From NCBI GenBank assembly GCA_045644725.1, contig JAZRHK010000136.1, forward strand, positions 1 through 62,744: 62,744 bases of DNA, in the 5' to 3' direction. The notes under the pieces were generated by a model. It did no database searches. It had not been told where the DNA came from and was given only the letters and a program-made list of their open reading frames with translations. This stretch comes from Candidatus Coprenecus sp. GTDB taxonomy: Bacteria; Bacteroidota; Bacteroidia; Bacteroidales; UBA932. Within the stretch, counting starts at the first letter, position 1. Every line of letters begins with the position of its first letter. Positions 49,620-58,009 of this stretch are shown here, in pieces. A program made the position numbers and the translations under genes.

Positions 49620-51497
49620 ATGAAAATAGGGGTTAAACTCACTTTTTTTGCGGTATTCTTTTTTGTTATTCACTCATGTGCCAGTTTAGAGAATACATGT
49701 GGTGAGAATATGGGGCTGTATCCTGCGGAGATAGGGGTAAGCATGTCATCCGGTGATAAGACCAAAGTGTATCTTGGTGATTCTGACAATGACAGCAATA
49801 CAACCCCTATATATTGGAGCGACGATGAAAGTGATCAGATTAAAGTAAAGGTTGATGGTGTGGACTACATTTTTCAAAAGGTAGGAAATACATCCAATTC
49901 AAAAAATGCAAAGTTCAGATGCGAATTGGCACCGGCGGTAGAGGCTGGAAAGACCTATACAGCCACATATAGCAGTGACGGGTTCAATTCAATCGGGTAT
50001 TACCAAAGTGGAACTATAAGCTCTCTTAAGGATCATATTGATCTTTCAGCAACATATACAGCTAAGGAGGGTGATACATGGAATGATGTGGTATTCAATT
50101 TTCAGATGGAGCGTGCTATAGTGAAAATCACCATAAGAAGTGATATTGTGAATGATGTTGGAGTTGGTGTTGATCTTATGGAGGATGGAAAGGGCCTTGT
50201 CACCTCCACCAGTACTGTTGAACTCTCTCAGGAAGGTGTTGCCGAGTTCTACTTTGTCTTGGAACCCAGAGAGTACAATGAAATTACCATGGAGGTTACT
50301 TTGTATATATGTGGAGATCCTCTAAATTTCCAAACCAGGGTGATTAGATATGAGATGAGTGATATCACTATTAGGAGGAACAATATGTACTATGTAGAGA
50401 AGCAGCTTCTGTCAGATACGAGTATAGAGGAAAATTTTAATATCGTCAAGCTCTCAGGAGAGGACAACAGTTCTACTGCAAATTCATATATATTGAATCC
50501 TGTAACCGACAATCCCGTACTTGGTAAAGATAACACTATCTACAGAATATACGCCAAATACAAAGGGAACAGCTCTTCCGTATCTGATGAGATCGGTTCA
50601 CGTATCAAAAAGGTAAAAGTGTTGTGGGAGTCAGATGGAACAAATTCACCTCTTGCTCAAGGGGCAATTATAACCCGTGCGATATGGCATAATGACTTCA
50701 TCTACTTTGACATTAATGGATCAGGTGCTGAAGGAAATGCACTTATAGGTGCATTTGATGGTGATGGCAATATAGTGTGGTCATGGCATATCTGGGTTAC
50801 AGATACCCCTCAAGAGCATCAATATGAAGATAATGACGGTATAGTCTTCGGTACTTATATGGACAGGAACTTGGGTGCATTAAGAGCTGATGGTACCGCA
50901 GTGGAAAATAGTGGCCTTTTCTATCAGTGGGGGAGAAAAGATCCGTTCCTTCCCGGTAATGTCTCATGCGCAATGATGGAAGGCGCTTCATGGAATAAAG
51001 TGAGAGTGGATAACGCCACCGGATCAATAGCTTATGCAACAGAGCACCCTATGACTTATTTGTACAGTACAGCATCTCCATTCACCTGGATTTATCTCTC
51101 TGCAGGAGAATCTGTGCAAAGTTCTATGTGGGGGGCATCCAAGACTGTATACGACCCTTGCCCCTACGGATGGAAAGTGACAGAAAGTAATCTTGGAAAC
51201 AATATAGATGTCTCTTCCGGTAGGGGTTCATTCAATTCCACAACAGGCAATTATGAACTCAAGTACAAAAAAGATAAGGGAGATGTGGCATATTTCCCAA
51301 CTTCAGGGCGATATTCGTATTCTACAGGTGAATGGATACAGGCTGGACTGGCCGGTTTCTATTGGTCTTCAACAGTTTCCCGTGACAGCGAGATAAGACC
51401 TGCATGCAGTTTCTATTTTGATGATCAGGGTAACGTGAATCCTGCGAGAACATATTTCTTCGCGGAAGGTGCTTCCGTAAGGTGTAAAAAAATGTAG
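49620..51497 (+). CDS. surface lipoprotein with fimbrillin-like N-terminal part and C-terminal FISUMP-like (Fibrobacter succinogenes major paralogous) domain
   Basis: ATG at 49620 (MKIGVKLTFFAVFFFVIHSC, lipobox). C-terminal motifs MDRNLGA, LFYQWGRKDPF, DPCPYGWKV, GFYWSST and GASVRCKK. Confidence 0.55.
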   Translation: MKIGVKLTFFAVFFFVIHSCASLENTCGENMGLYPAEIGVSMSSGDKTKVYLGDSDNDSNTTPIYWSDDESDQIKVKVDGVDYIFQKVGNTSNSKNAKFRCELAPAVEAGKTYTATYSSDGFNSIGYYQSGTISSLKDHIDLSATYTAKEGDTWNDVVFNFQMERAIVKITIRSDIVNDVGVGVDLMEDGKGLVTSTSTVELSQEGVAEFYFVLEPREYNEITMEVTLYICGDPLNFQTRVIRYEMSDITIRRNNMYYVEKQLLSDTSIEENFNIVKLSGEDNSSTANSYILNPVTDNPVLGKDNTIYRIYAKYKGNSSSVSDEIGSRIKKVKVLWESDGTNSPLAQGAIITRAIWHNDFIYFDINGSGAEGNALIGAFDGDGNIVWSWHIWVTDTPQEHQYEDNDGIVFGTYMDRNLGALRADGTAVENSGLFYQWGRKDPFLPGNVSCAMMEGASWNKVRVDNATGSIAYATEHPMTYLYSTASPFTWIYLSAGESVQSSMWGASKTVYDPCPYGWKVTESNLGNNIDVSSGRGSFNSTTGNYELKYKKDKGDVAYFPTSGRYSYSTGEWIQAGLAGFYWSSTVSRDSEIRPACSFYFDDQGNVNPARTYFFAEGASVRCKKM

Positions 51498-51504
51498 GGC
51501 CAGA

Positions 51505-51978
51505 TTATATCGGGTAGATCTCTGCCCCAGTGAAGTCAAACAGGTCTTGGGGGGATATCCTTAACTGGAGCCCTCTGAGACCTGCGCTTATATAGATGTG
51601 GTCATACAGGAGGGCAGATTCGTGGATGAAGGTGGGATAAGGCTTCTTCATCCCGATAGGGGTGCACCCTCCACGGATGTATCCGGTGTTTGGAAGGAGC
51701 TCTTTCATCGGAATCAGGTCGCAGTTCTTGTTACCTGATATTTTGGCAGCCACCTTCAGGTCTACCTCAAAGTTCCCTGGGATGACACACACGAAGAGCC
51801 CATTTTTGTCTCCACGCAGGACAAGGGTCTTGAAAACCTGTTCTATGTTCTGACCAAGTTGTTCTGCGACATGATCTGCCGCAAGATTCGATTCATCCAC
51901 TTCATATGGGATAAGTTCGTATGTTATCCCCGCTTTGTCCAGAAGGCGGGCAGCATTGGTCTTCTCTATTTTTCCCAT
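51505..51978 (-). CDS. ybaK: Cys-tRNA(Pro)/Cys-tRNA(Cys) deacylase YbaK
   Basis: 157 aa. KTNAARLLDKAGI.YE...Y, FKTLV and GGCTPIG motifs. Confidence 0.85.
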   Translation of the reverse strand: MGKIEKTNAARLLDKAGITYELIPYEVDESNLAADHVAEQLGQNIEQVFKTLVLRGDKNGLFVCVIPGNFEVDLKVAAKISGNKNCDLIPMKELLPNTGYIRGGCTPIGMKKPYPTFIHESALLYDHIYISAGLRGLQLRISPQDLFDFTGAEIYPI

Positions 51979-52952
51979 TTGTCGAGTGCCTCCTTCATGA
52001 GTTCCCTCCCTTTTTTTGCTATCTCTTTGGCTCTTGAATAGTCGGATATCTCCCCATATGCGTCGAATGGCATACGGACCAGAACATCAGGATTATATTT
52101 GGAGATAGTAATTTCACTTATTGTATGGTTCATAAGACTGAATGTCCTGTCCAGAAGTGAATAGTAGTTGTCTCCTAAAGAGAAGTCAGTGGAACTGTCT
52201 TTGGATATGCTCTCAGAAATGACCTTTTTACCATATATTCCTGCGAGTTTTACCCTTTCACCAAACGTTAGTGTTTCATTGTTTTTGATTGAGTCCAGAA
52301 GTTTTCTATTCTCAAGTTGTCTCTCTTTCTCGAGAATCATCTTCTCCTGTTCATCTCTATGTCTTTGGACTATGGCAGCCTGCATCTCTGTAACATTGAC
52401 ATCGTTTACATCAAATGCCACTAGAATGTCCTTCCCGTTTCTTACCACTCTATTGATAGGTAGTGAGTTCACTATTCCACCATCAACCAAGGTTCTTAGC
52501 CCTTGTTTGACTGGCCTGAACAGGGATGGAATGGATATTGAGGCGCGGATTGCATCAAAAAGATTCCCCTCAGAGTAGACTATCTCCTCTCCTGTATACA
52601 GATCGGCAGCTACCGCCCTGAATGGTATTTTCAGATCCCGGATATCTATATCTGGTATTATCTCTTTAATTGCATTGATAATCTTGTCTCCTTTTACAAT
52701 GTGGTTTTTGCTTAGGGACAGATCCATTAATCCGAAAACTTTCCATGCGTTGAGGTTGTAAAGCCACTCCTTGAGCTCATCAAGTCTCCCTGTGGCATAA
52801 ATGCCGCCTATCAGTGAGCCCATAGATGTTCCTGCTACTGATGTTATATTGTAACCTCTCCTTTCGAGTTCTTCGATCGCTCCGATATATGCAAATCCTC
52901 TGGGGCCGCCGCTTGAGAGCACTAATGCTACATCTTGTCTGATAGGTTTCAT
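51966..52952 (-). CDS. patatin-like phospholipase
   Basis: 328 aa. Oxyanion SSGGPRG, nucleophile GTSMGS and DGG Asp motif. Confidence 0.8.
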   Translation of the reverse strand: MKPIRQDVALVLSSGGPRGFAYIGAIEELERRGYNITSVAGTSMGSLIGGIYATGRLDELKEWLYNLNAWKVFGLMDLSLSKNHIVKGDKIINAIKEIIPDIDIRDLKIPFRAVAADLYTGEEIVYSEGNLFDAIRASISIPSLFRPVKQGLRTLVDGGIVNSLPINRVVRNGKDILVAFDVNDVNVTEMQAAIVQRHRDEQEKMILEKERQLENRKLLDSIKNNETLTFGERVKLAGIYGKKVISESISKDSSTDFSLGDNYYSLLDRTFSLMNHTISEITISKYNPDVLVRMPFDAYGEISDYSRAKEIAKKGRELMKEALDKWEK

Positions 52953-52989
52953 AGTGAAATGTATTTACTCAACAAAGATAATAATTTTC

Positions 52990-52997
52990 TAACTTTG
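52990..52997 (+). promoter_or_regulatory. Bacteroidetes -7 box (TAacTTTG)
   Basis: Exact TAnnTTTG match 27 nt upstream of the ATG at 53024. Confidence 0.4.
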
Positions 52998-53023
52998 TTT
53001 CGAAAATCAATTATTTCGCACTT

Positions 53024-54031
53024 ATGGAGATACTCAAGAGGTTATTCAGGAAATATGTTGTAGACGCATTGAGCTATATGGCCCTGGGTCTGTTCTGCTC
53101 ATTGATATTGGGCCTAATAGTGGGGCAGTTGGCGAAAATGGAGTTTCTGGGCTTTCTGGGCTTTATTGCGGAGGCTCTCTCTGCAAGTTCTCCTCTGGTG
53201 GGTGCCTGCATAGGCTTTGCAATAGTGCTGGGGCTGAAGTATGCCCCCCTTGTGACCATATCTTCAGCGATAGTAGGTGCACTCGGTTATAAATATGGCG
53301 GCCCTGTTGGCTCATACTTTGCAGTGATAATAGCAGCGAGGGTGGGTGAACTTATCTCCAAAAAGACCCCTGTAGATATCATCCTTACCCCACTGGTCAC
53401 TATTGTAGTGGGTGGACTTATTGCCAGATATTGCTGCTCTCCGATCAATGATTTTATGCTCTATCTGGGGAGCCTCATCAACAATGCCACAAATCTCAGC
53501 CCATTCTTGATGGGGATTGTGGTCTCTATCCTGGTGGGTTGTGCACTTACCCTCCCAATCAGTTCTGCAGCCCTCTGCATTATGCTCGGGATAGATGGCC
53601 TTGCTGCCGGTGCTGCCACAGTAGGGTGCTGTGCCCAGATGGTGGGATTTGCCGTGATAAGTTTCAGGGACAATGGGGTAGGAGGGCTCCTTTCTCAGGG
53701 GCTCGGAACCTCAATGCTGCAGATAGGCAATATTGTTCGCAAACCAATAATATGGCTTGCACCGACCCTCACTGCTGCCATCCTTGGACCCGTTTCCACA
53801 GTGGTGTTCGGGATGACCAACAATGCCCTCGGTGCTGGTATGGGTACCTCCGGCCTTGTAGGGTCTATTGCGTCCTATGCCGATATGACTGCAGCTGGAG
53901 GCGATTCTACCGCCATAATAATAAAAATAGCGGTGCTACATTTCGTAGCACCGGCTATCATTTCTCTTTTCATCCATTTGGGAATGACCAGACTCGGCTG
54001 GGTCAAAAATGGTGATATGAAGATAGGGTAG
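53024..54031 (+). CDS. polytopic membrane protein, PTS EIIC-like (PTS_EIIC_2 type)
   Basis: 335 aa, Gly/Ala-rich, with about 9-10 TM segments. The assignment is from overall resemblance only. Confidence 0.4.
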   Translation: MEILKRLFRKYVVDALSYMALGLFCSLILGLIVGQLAKMEFLGFLGFIAEALSASSPLVGACIGFAIVLGLKYAPLVTISSAIVGALGYKYGGPVGSYFAVIIAARVGELISKKTPVDIILTPLVTIVVGGLIARYCCSPINDFMLYLGSLINNATNLSPFLMGIVVSILVGCALTLPISSAALCIMLGIDGLAAGAATVGCCAQMVGFAVISFRDNGVGGLLSQGLGTSMLQIGNIVRKPIIWLAPTLTAAILGPVSTVVFGMTNNALGAGMGTSGLVGSIASYADMTAAGGDSTAIIIKIAVLHFVAPAIISLFIHLGMTRLGWVKNGDMKIG

Positions 54032-54037
54032 TGGGGG

Positions 54038-55042
54038 TTAAATATGTGAATCACTCTCTGTTACAGTCCATCCTGTACTAGGCAGTCTGTATGCTTTGCC
54101 CACAACTATGTTTTTATCTGTAACAGGTACAAGCAATTCGTATTTGTAATATTTTGAGGATGATTTGTATCTTACGTGGAATGCCCAACTTGAAGTTGGT
54201 TTTTTAATCATAAGTTCATTTTTGAAAGCAAAACAATAGGAAATGTCCTCCCCATTGACCACACATCCGGCATCGCCTGTAGCAGTACTCCTGTCAAAAA
54301 CAAATCCATGTGTCTCAGTAGGATTGAATGATAATGCATCTTTTTTAAGTGCGACCACTGCCCAATTCGCTTCAGTGGTGCTGTTCACAATGGATATAGT
54401 TGACTCTTCCATATATGCTTCATCGTGGCCTGAGGGCATACCAGTCAACTCTCTTGGAACAGAGATCTGGAAAAGTCTTGGATCAATATTAAGAGTCACA
54501 GAACCGAGAGAGACAACGCCATCAGTAACTGTATATGTGCCGGTACCTTTCATAAATTCACCTCCGTTATAATTAAGTAGTGGATATGTACCTTCTTTCT
54601 CAAACCAGTTGCCAACATTGTTTGTACCTTTTATAAAGTAAGTTTCGTCCTTCGTGCCATGAGTAAGCATTTCTCCTCTGTGGTGTATGGCCATCCACTC
54701 ACCACCTTCCCCTAAGTTAGATGTAATTGTATTATTGAGCACAATCTCAGACCATCCTGTTATAGATGAATAGACGGTGTAAGCAGCTTTTATGTATGGA
54801 GTTCCACCTAAAGTTCCTCCGTACCAATTTGCTCCAGTTGGTTTGAATACAAACACCACCCAATCCCCATTGGCCCATTCGGATTTTACAGCTTTAGTGA
54901 GATTCCCGCTGAAATCTGGTCTGTCTGATATTGTAAATACAGCTTTTGTACCCTCATTCTCCATTGGGGAGTCAATCTTTTGGCACCCTGATGCAGTTAC
55001 CACCAATGCGATAACTGCCATAATAAGATTTCTCATTTTCAT
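54038..55042 (-). CDS. fimbrillin-like lipoprotein, paralog A (downstream of small ORF 2)
   Basis: 334 aa. Lipobox VVTASGC. ...TKAVKSEWANGDWVVFVF... N-terminal pattern. Clear paralog of 55982..56947. Confidence 0.55.
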   Translation of the reverse strand: MKMRNLIMAVIALVVTASGCQKIDSPMENEGTKAVFTISDRPDFSGNLTKAVKSEWANGDWVVFVFKPTGANWYGGTLGGTPYIKAAYTVYSSITGWSEIVLNNTITSNLGEGGEWMAIHHRGEMLTHGTKDETYFIKGTNNVGNWFEKEGTYPLLNYNGGEFMKGTGTYTVTDGVVSLGSVTLNIDPRLFQISVPRELTGMPSGHDEAYMEESTISIVNSTTEANWAVVALKKDALSFNPTETHGFVFDRSTATGDAGCVVNGEDISYCFAFKNELMIKKPTSSWAFHVRYKSSSKYYKYELLVPVTDKNIVVGKAYRLPSTGWTVTESDSHI

Positions 55043-55072
55043 AATTGTCCTTTTTATCAGTTATACATTTGG

Positions 55073-55189
55073 TTACCATTGTTCTTCTCCATCAAATCCG
55101 TCATAATTTGGTGATGCGGCAAAACCCTGTTCCACCGACATTTCGACTACCTCCAGCAGAGGAGCTTCGTAAAGTTTCAGTTTTTCCAT
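55073..55189 (-). CDS. unannotated 38-codon ORF, leader-peptide-like (family member 2)
   Basis: Hand translation gives MEKLKLYEAPLLEVVEMSVEQGFAASPNYDGFDGEEQW*. It ends 30 nt upstream of the lipoprotein ATG at 55042. Confidence 0.55.
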   Translation of the reverse strand: MEKLKLYEAPLLEVVEMSVEQGFAASPNYDGFDGEEQW

Positions 55190-55232
55190 AGGCTTATATT
55201 TTATGTTTGTATGTAACTACTGACTTTTTTTT

Positions 55233-55264
55233 CAAATATACCTTTTTTTTGGTTAATCGTCAAA
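55233..55264 (-). promoter_or_regulatory. Bacteroidetes promoter on minus strand (TTTG, 20-nt spacer, TAtaTTTG) for small ORF 2 / lipoprotein A
   Basis: Plus-strand CAAATATA at 55233-55240 and CAAA at 55261-55264. The -7 box lies 44 nt upstream of the ATG at 55189. Confidence 0.5.
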
Positions 55265-55312
55265 CAAGTACGAATTTTGAAGTGCATTATTGAAATATTT
55301 CAGAAAAAATAT

Positions 55313-55320
55313 TATATTTG
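55313..55320 (+). promoter_or_regulatory. Bacteroidetes -7 box (TAtaTTTG) upstream of ferritin
   Basis: Exact TAnnTTTG match 38 nt upstream of the ATG at 55358. Confidence 0.45.
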
Positions 55321-55357
55321 CGATAGGAAATAATTATAAATAAAGAATAAACAAATT

Positions 55358-55876
55358 ATGATCAGCGAAAAACTACACAAAGCAATCAATGACCAGATCA
55401 ATGCAGAACTTTGGTCAGCATATTTGTATCTCTCAATGTCTATGGACGCTGAGGAGAAGAACTATAAAGGAGTGGCCAACTGGTTCCATATCCAGTTCCA
55501 GGAGGAGCAGGCTCACGCACGTATCTTCATGAACTACCTTAACTCAGTAGAGGCTAAAGTGGAACTCAAACCTATTGAGGGAGTTCAGACTACCTGGGAT
55601 TCAGTTTTGGATATGTTCAAATCTACCCTTGAGCACGAGAAGAAAGTATCTGCACTTATCCGTAACCTTATGAGCATAGCTAAAGAGGATCATGACTACG
55701 CAGCAGAGAGCAAACTCAAATGGTTCATCGAGGAGCAGGTGGAAGAGGAAGAGGCTGCAAGGGATATCATCTTCGCTGTAGAGTCAGTCGGTAACAGCAA
55801 AAATGATATGTATATCCTTGATAAGGAGTTGGCAGCACGTGTATACAATGTGCCTGCCCCACTAGCTGGCAAGTAG
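55358..55876 (+). CDS. ftnA: non-heme ferritin
   Basis: 172 aa. ...INAELWSAYLYLSM...WF..Q..EE..HA..F..Y ferroxidase-centre pattern. Confidence 0.9.
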   Translation: MISEKLHKAINDQINAELWSAYLYLSMSMDAEEKNYKGVANWFHIQFQEEQAHARIFMNYLNSVEAKVELKPIEGVQTTWDSVLDMFKSTLEHEKKVSALIRNLMSIAKEDHDYAAESKLKWFIEEQVEEEEAARDIIFAVESVGNSKNDMYILDKELAARVYNVPAPLAGK

Positions 55877-55921
55877 CCTTTTAAAGGGTGATTTCTGCGT
55901 TACGCTCGATTCGGAAATATA

Positions 55922-55955
55922 AGGGAGACTAATCTGTTTAAGAATTAGTCTCCCT
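55922..55955. terminator. bidirectional terminator hairpin between ferritin (+) and lipoprotein B (-)
   Basis: 12-bp perfect stem AGGGAGACTAAT / ATTAGTCTCCCT with T-rich flanks on both strands. Confidence 0.6.
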
Positions 55956-55981
55956 CTTTCTTCAAAAATAAGCCGTCTTAT

Positions 55982-56947
55982 TTATTTGGTCCATCCAGTG
56001 AGTGGTAGTCGATATGATTTTCCAATTTTGATAGAATGGTCATTTCTGTCAATGTTGATTGATGCGAAACTTGCAGCATTTTCTCCATTTGTAATTGAGA
56101 ATACTAAATCTGTAAATGTTGCATCTTCTGGTTTGCTGAATACAAAGCAGTAAGACACATCTTCACCGTTTAATACCCCCTCAGCAAAACCAGATTTTGT
56201 TGAATTGTCAAGCCAAAAGCCATTGGTGGTTTGTGGAGCCAAATAAAGCACCCCTCTTTTAAGGGCCACAACTCTATATAGATCTTCCGGTGATGAATTT
56301 TGTTTTATGGATAATCTAAATTTCAGGTTTTTGAACCAGGTAGAATATGCGTTATTAAATATAGGGTTGCTACTCCCATCTGTAATGTCTTTGCTCACTG
56401 AAAATTGGAATAAAGAACTATACAGCTGTAAGTCTATTGTGGATAGTGTAATTGTAGTACCGTCCGATGTGTAAGTTCCTTTATGGGACATAAATTCTCC
56501 TCCTTTATATCCATCAAGCTGGTATCCGTTATAGGTGTTAGGTGCAGTACCTACTTCAGAGGGAATAGCTTTAGCTGTTACCTTCCCTCTATGGTGGATG
56601 GCCAGATAAGTGCCACTTTCGCCCAAGTCAGTTATATTTTGAGAAGTGAGAGTTATATCTGACCACACAGATGATGTATAGGTTGTCGTGAATTTATAAA
56701 GGGCATCTTCCATAGGCCCATACCAATTTGTAGCCCCTGCAGGTTTGAAAATTATCATGACCGAATCCCCCTCTGCCCAAGCTGTTTTGACCGCTTTTGT
56801 CTGGCCTGGGTCGCCAAGTACAGGTTTGTCTGCGATGGTGAATTTTACTTTTACTGTGCTATTTGAGTCGGCTCTGTCGATTTTTTGACATCCTGAAGCA
56901 GTTATAACCAATGCGATAACTGCCATAATGATATTTCTAAATTTCAT
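55982..56947 (-). CDS. fimbrillin-like lipoprotein, paralog B (downstream of small ORF 3)
   Basis: 321 aa. Lipobox VITASGC. TKAVKTAWAEGDSVMIIF. Collinear with paralog A through to the C-terminal ...YRLP.TGWT. Confidence 0.55.
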   Translation of the reverse strand: MKFRNIIMAVIALVITASGCQKIDRADSNSTVKVKFTIADKPVLGDPGQTKAVKTAWAEGDSVMIIFKPAGATNWYGPMEDALYKFTTTYTSSVWSDITLTSQNITDLGESGTYLAIHHRGKVTAKAIPSEVGTAPNTYNGYQLDGYKGGEFMSHKGTYTSDGTTITLSTIDLQLYSSLFQFSVSKDITDGSSNPIFNNAYSTWFKNLKFRLSIKQNSSPEDLYRVVALKRGVLYLAPQTTNGFWLDNSTKSGFAEGVLNGEDVSYCFVFSKPEDATFTDLVFSITNGENAASFASINIDRNDHSIKIGKSYRLPLTGWTK

Positions 56948-56978
56948 AATTGTCCTTTTTTATCAGTTATACATTTGG

Positions 56979-57098
56979 TTACCATTGTTCTTCCCCTTCA
57001 AATCCGTCATAATTTGGCGATGCGGCAAAACCCTGTTCCACCGACATTTCGACTACCTCTAGCAGAGGAGCTTCGTAGAATTGATTTTCCTTCTTCAT
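56979..57098 (-). CDS. unannotated 39-codon ORF, leader-peptide-like (family member 3)
   Basis: Hand translation gives MKKENQFYEAPLLEVVEMSVEQGFAASPNYDGFEGEEQW*. It ends 31 nt upstream of the lipoprotein ATG at 56947. Confidence 0.55.
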   Translation of the reverse strand: MKKENQFYEAPLLEVVEMSVEQGFAASPNYDGFEGEEQW

Positions 57099-57148
57099 AG
57101 TGTTGGCTTTTAAATGTTTGTTTGCAATTTACCTAAAATTTTCCTTGG

Positions 57149-57880
57149 ATGCAAACAAAGTACTATCTTAGAGCAAATTTTGAACTTATGGCACTATTCA
57201 GATTGAGTGAGAAATGTGTTAAGCCAATGGTATTTTCTGCTACCGGGCTTTTTATCGCATTGGTCGCAATTTTCTTTTTGCCATTGGCATTGCCCTATGA
57301 ACTGGCATACCCTGTGGCTGCCCTTTTCGTAGTATCGCTATGGCTGACACCGTGGGAAGTCTCATTGGCATTGCTCTTCTCAGCAATGGGGGATGTGGCA
57401 GGGAGTGCCGGAGAGATTCTTTGGCAGATGGGGCTTTTCGGAGTGGCGCATCTGTGGTACATCCTCTTTTTCGTGAGAAGATATTTTGCAAAAGTTGATA
57501 AAAGGGATGGGAAGGTGAGCAGAAGGACGGTGGTCCATCTGAGCATATTCTCCCTCTGCGTCCTGGCAGTAATGGCTGTGGCGTTTGCGCTTGTGGTACC
57601 GGCAATGCCTGCTGGTGTGGTGAGAATTGCTGGAGGTGCCTATGCAGTGGTGATATGTGGAATGTTCCTGATGGCATTGCTCCAGAGGAGTTCGCTGTAT
57701 GCATTGGGCGCTGCCCTGTTTGTGATATCGGACCTTGTTCTGGCATGGAACCTTTTTGTGGAGCCAGTGGAGAATGCAGGTGCAATGATAATGGTGACCT
57801 ATTATCTGGCACAATGGCTCATTTTCATCCGTGCCACTCCGTATGAGGTGCCCCATCCGGTACGGCTGTTGAGGTTTTGA
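57149..57880 (+). CDS. YhhN-like (lysoplasmalogenase family) membrane protein
   Basis: 243 aa, about 7 TM, with the FSAMGDVAG motif. The true start may be a downstream Met (57188 or 57227). Confidence 0.45.
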   Translation: MQTKYYLRANFELMALFRLSEKCVKPMVFSATGLFIALVAIFFLPLALPYELAYPVAALFVVSLWLTPWEVSLALLFSAMGDVAGSAGEILWQMGLFGVAHLWYILFFVRRYFAKVDKRDGKVSRRTVVHLSIFSLCVLAVMAVAFALVVPAMPAGVVRIAGGAYAVVICGMFLMALLQRSSLYALGAALFVISDLVLAWNLFVEPVENAGAMIMVTYYLAQWLIFIRATPYEVPHPVRLLRF

Positions 57881-57899
57881 TGGGATGTGCTGCTTCGGC

Positions 57900-57956
57900 G
57901 GCCAGGTCTGCAAAAATGTGCTAGACCTGGCCGGATGTGATGGCCGGCCCTTTTTT
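57900..57956 (+). terminator. terminator region: 10-bp perfect hairpin plus GC hairpin and T-run
   Basis: GGCCAGGTCT (57900-57909) / AGACCTGGCC (57923-57932), then GCCGG...CCGGC followed by TTTTTT at 57951-57956. Confidence 0.6.
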
Positions 57957-58009
57957 ATGGTGGATTTTAGCCAGACATTAAGCTGTCCGGCCAATAATGA
58001 TTATCTTTG

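Noticed and set aside
55073-57098. Lasso-peptide interpretation of P2 and P3. With a core starting at the conserved Gly (GFAASPNYDGF...), an Asp falls at position 9, the right distance for a Gly1-Asp9 macrolactam. The leaders also carry a lasso-like YxxPxL motif.
   Set aside because: No asparagine-synthetase-like lasso cyclase and no transglutaminase-like B2 protease is encoded anywhere in the window. P1 has no Asp or Glu at core positions 7-9, and the usual penultimate-Thr leader feature is not consistently present. The idea is kept only as a hypothesis to test if a cyclase exists elsewhere in the genome.
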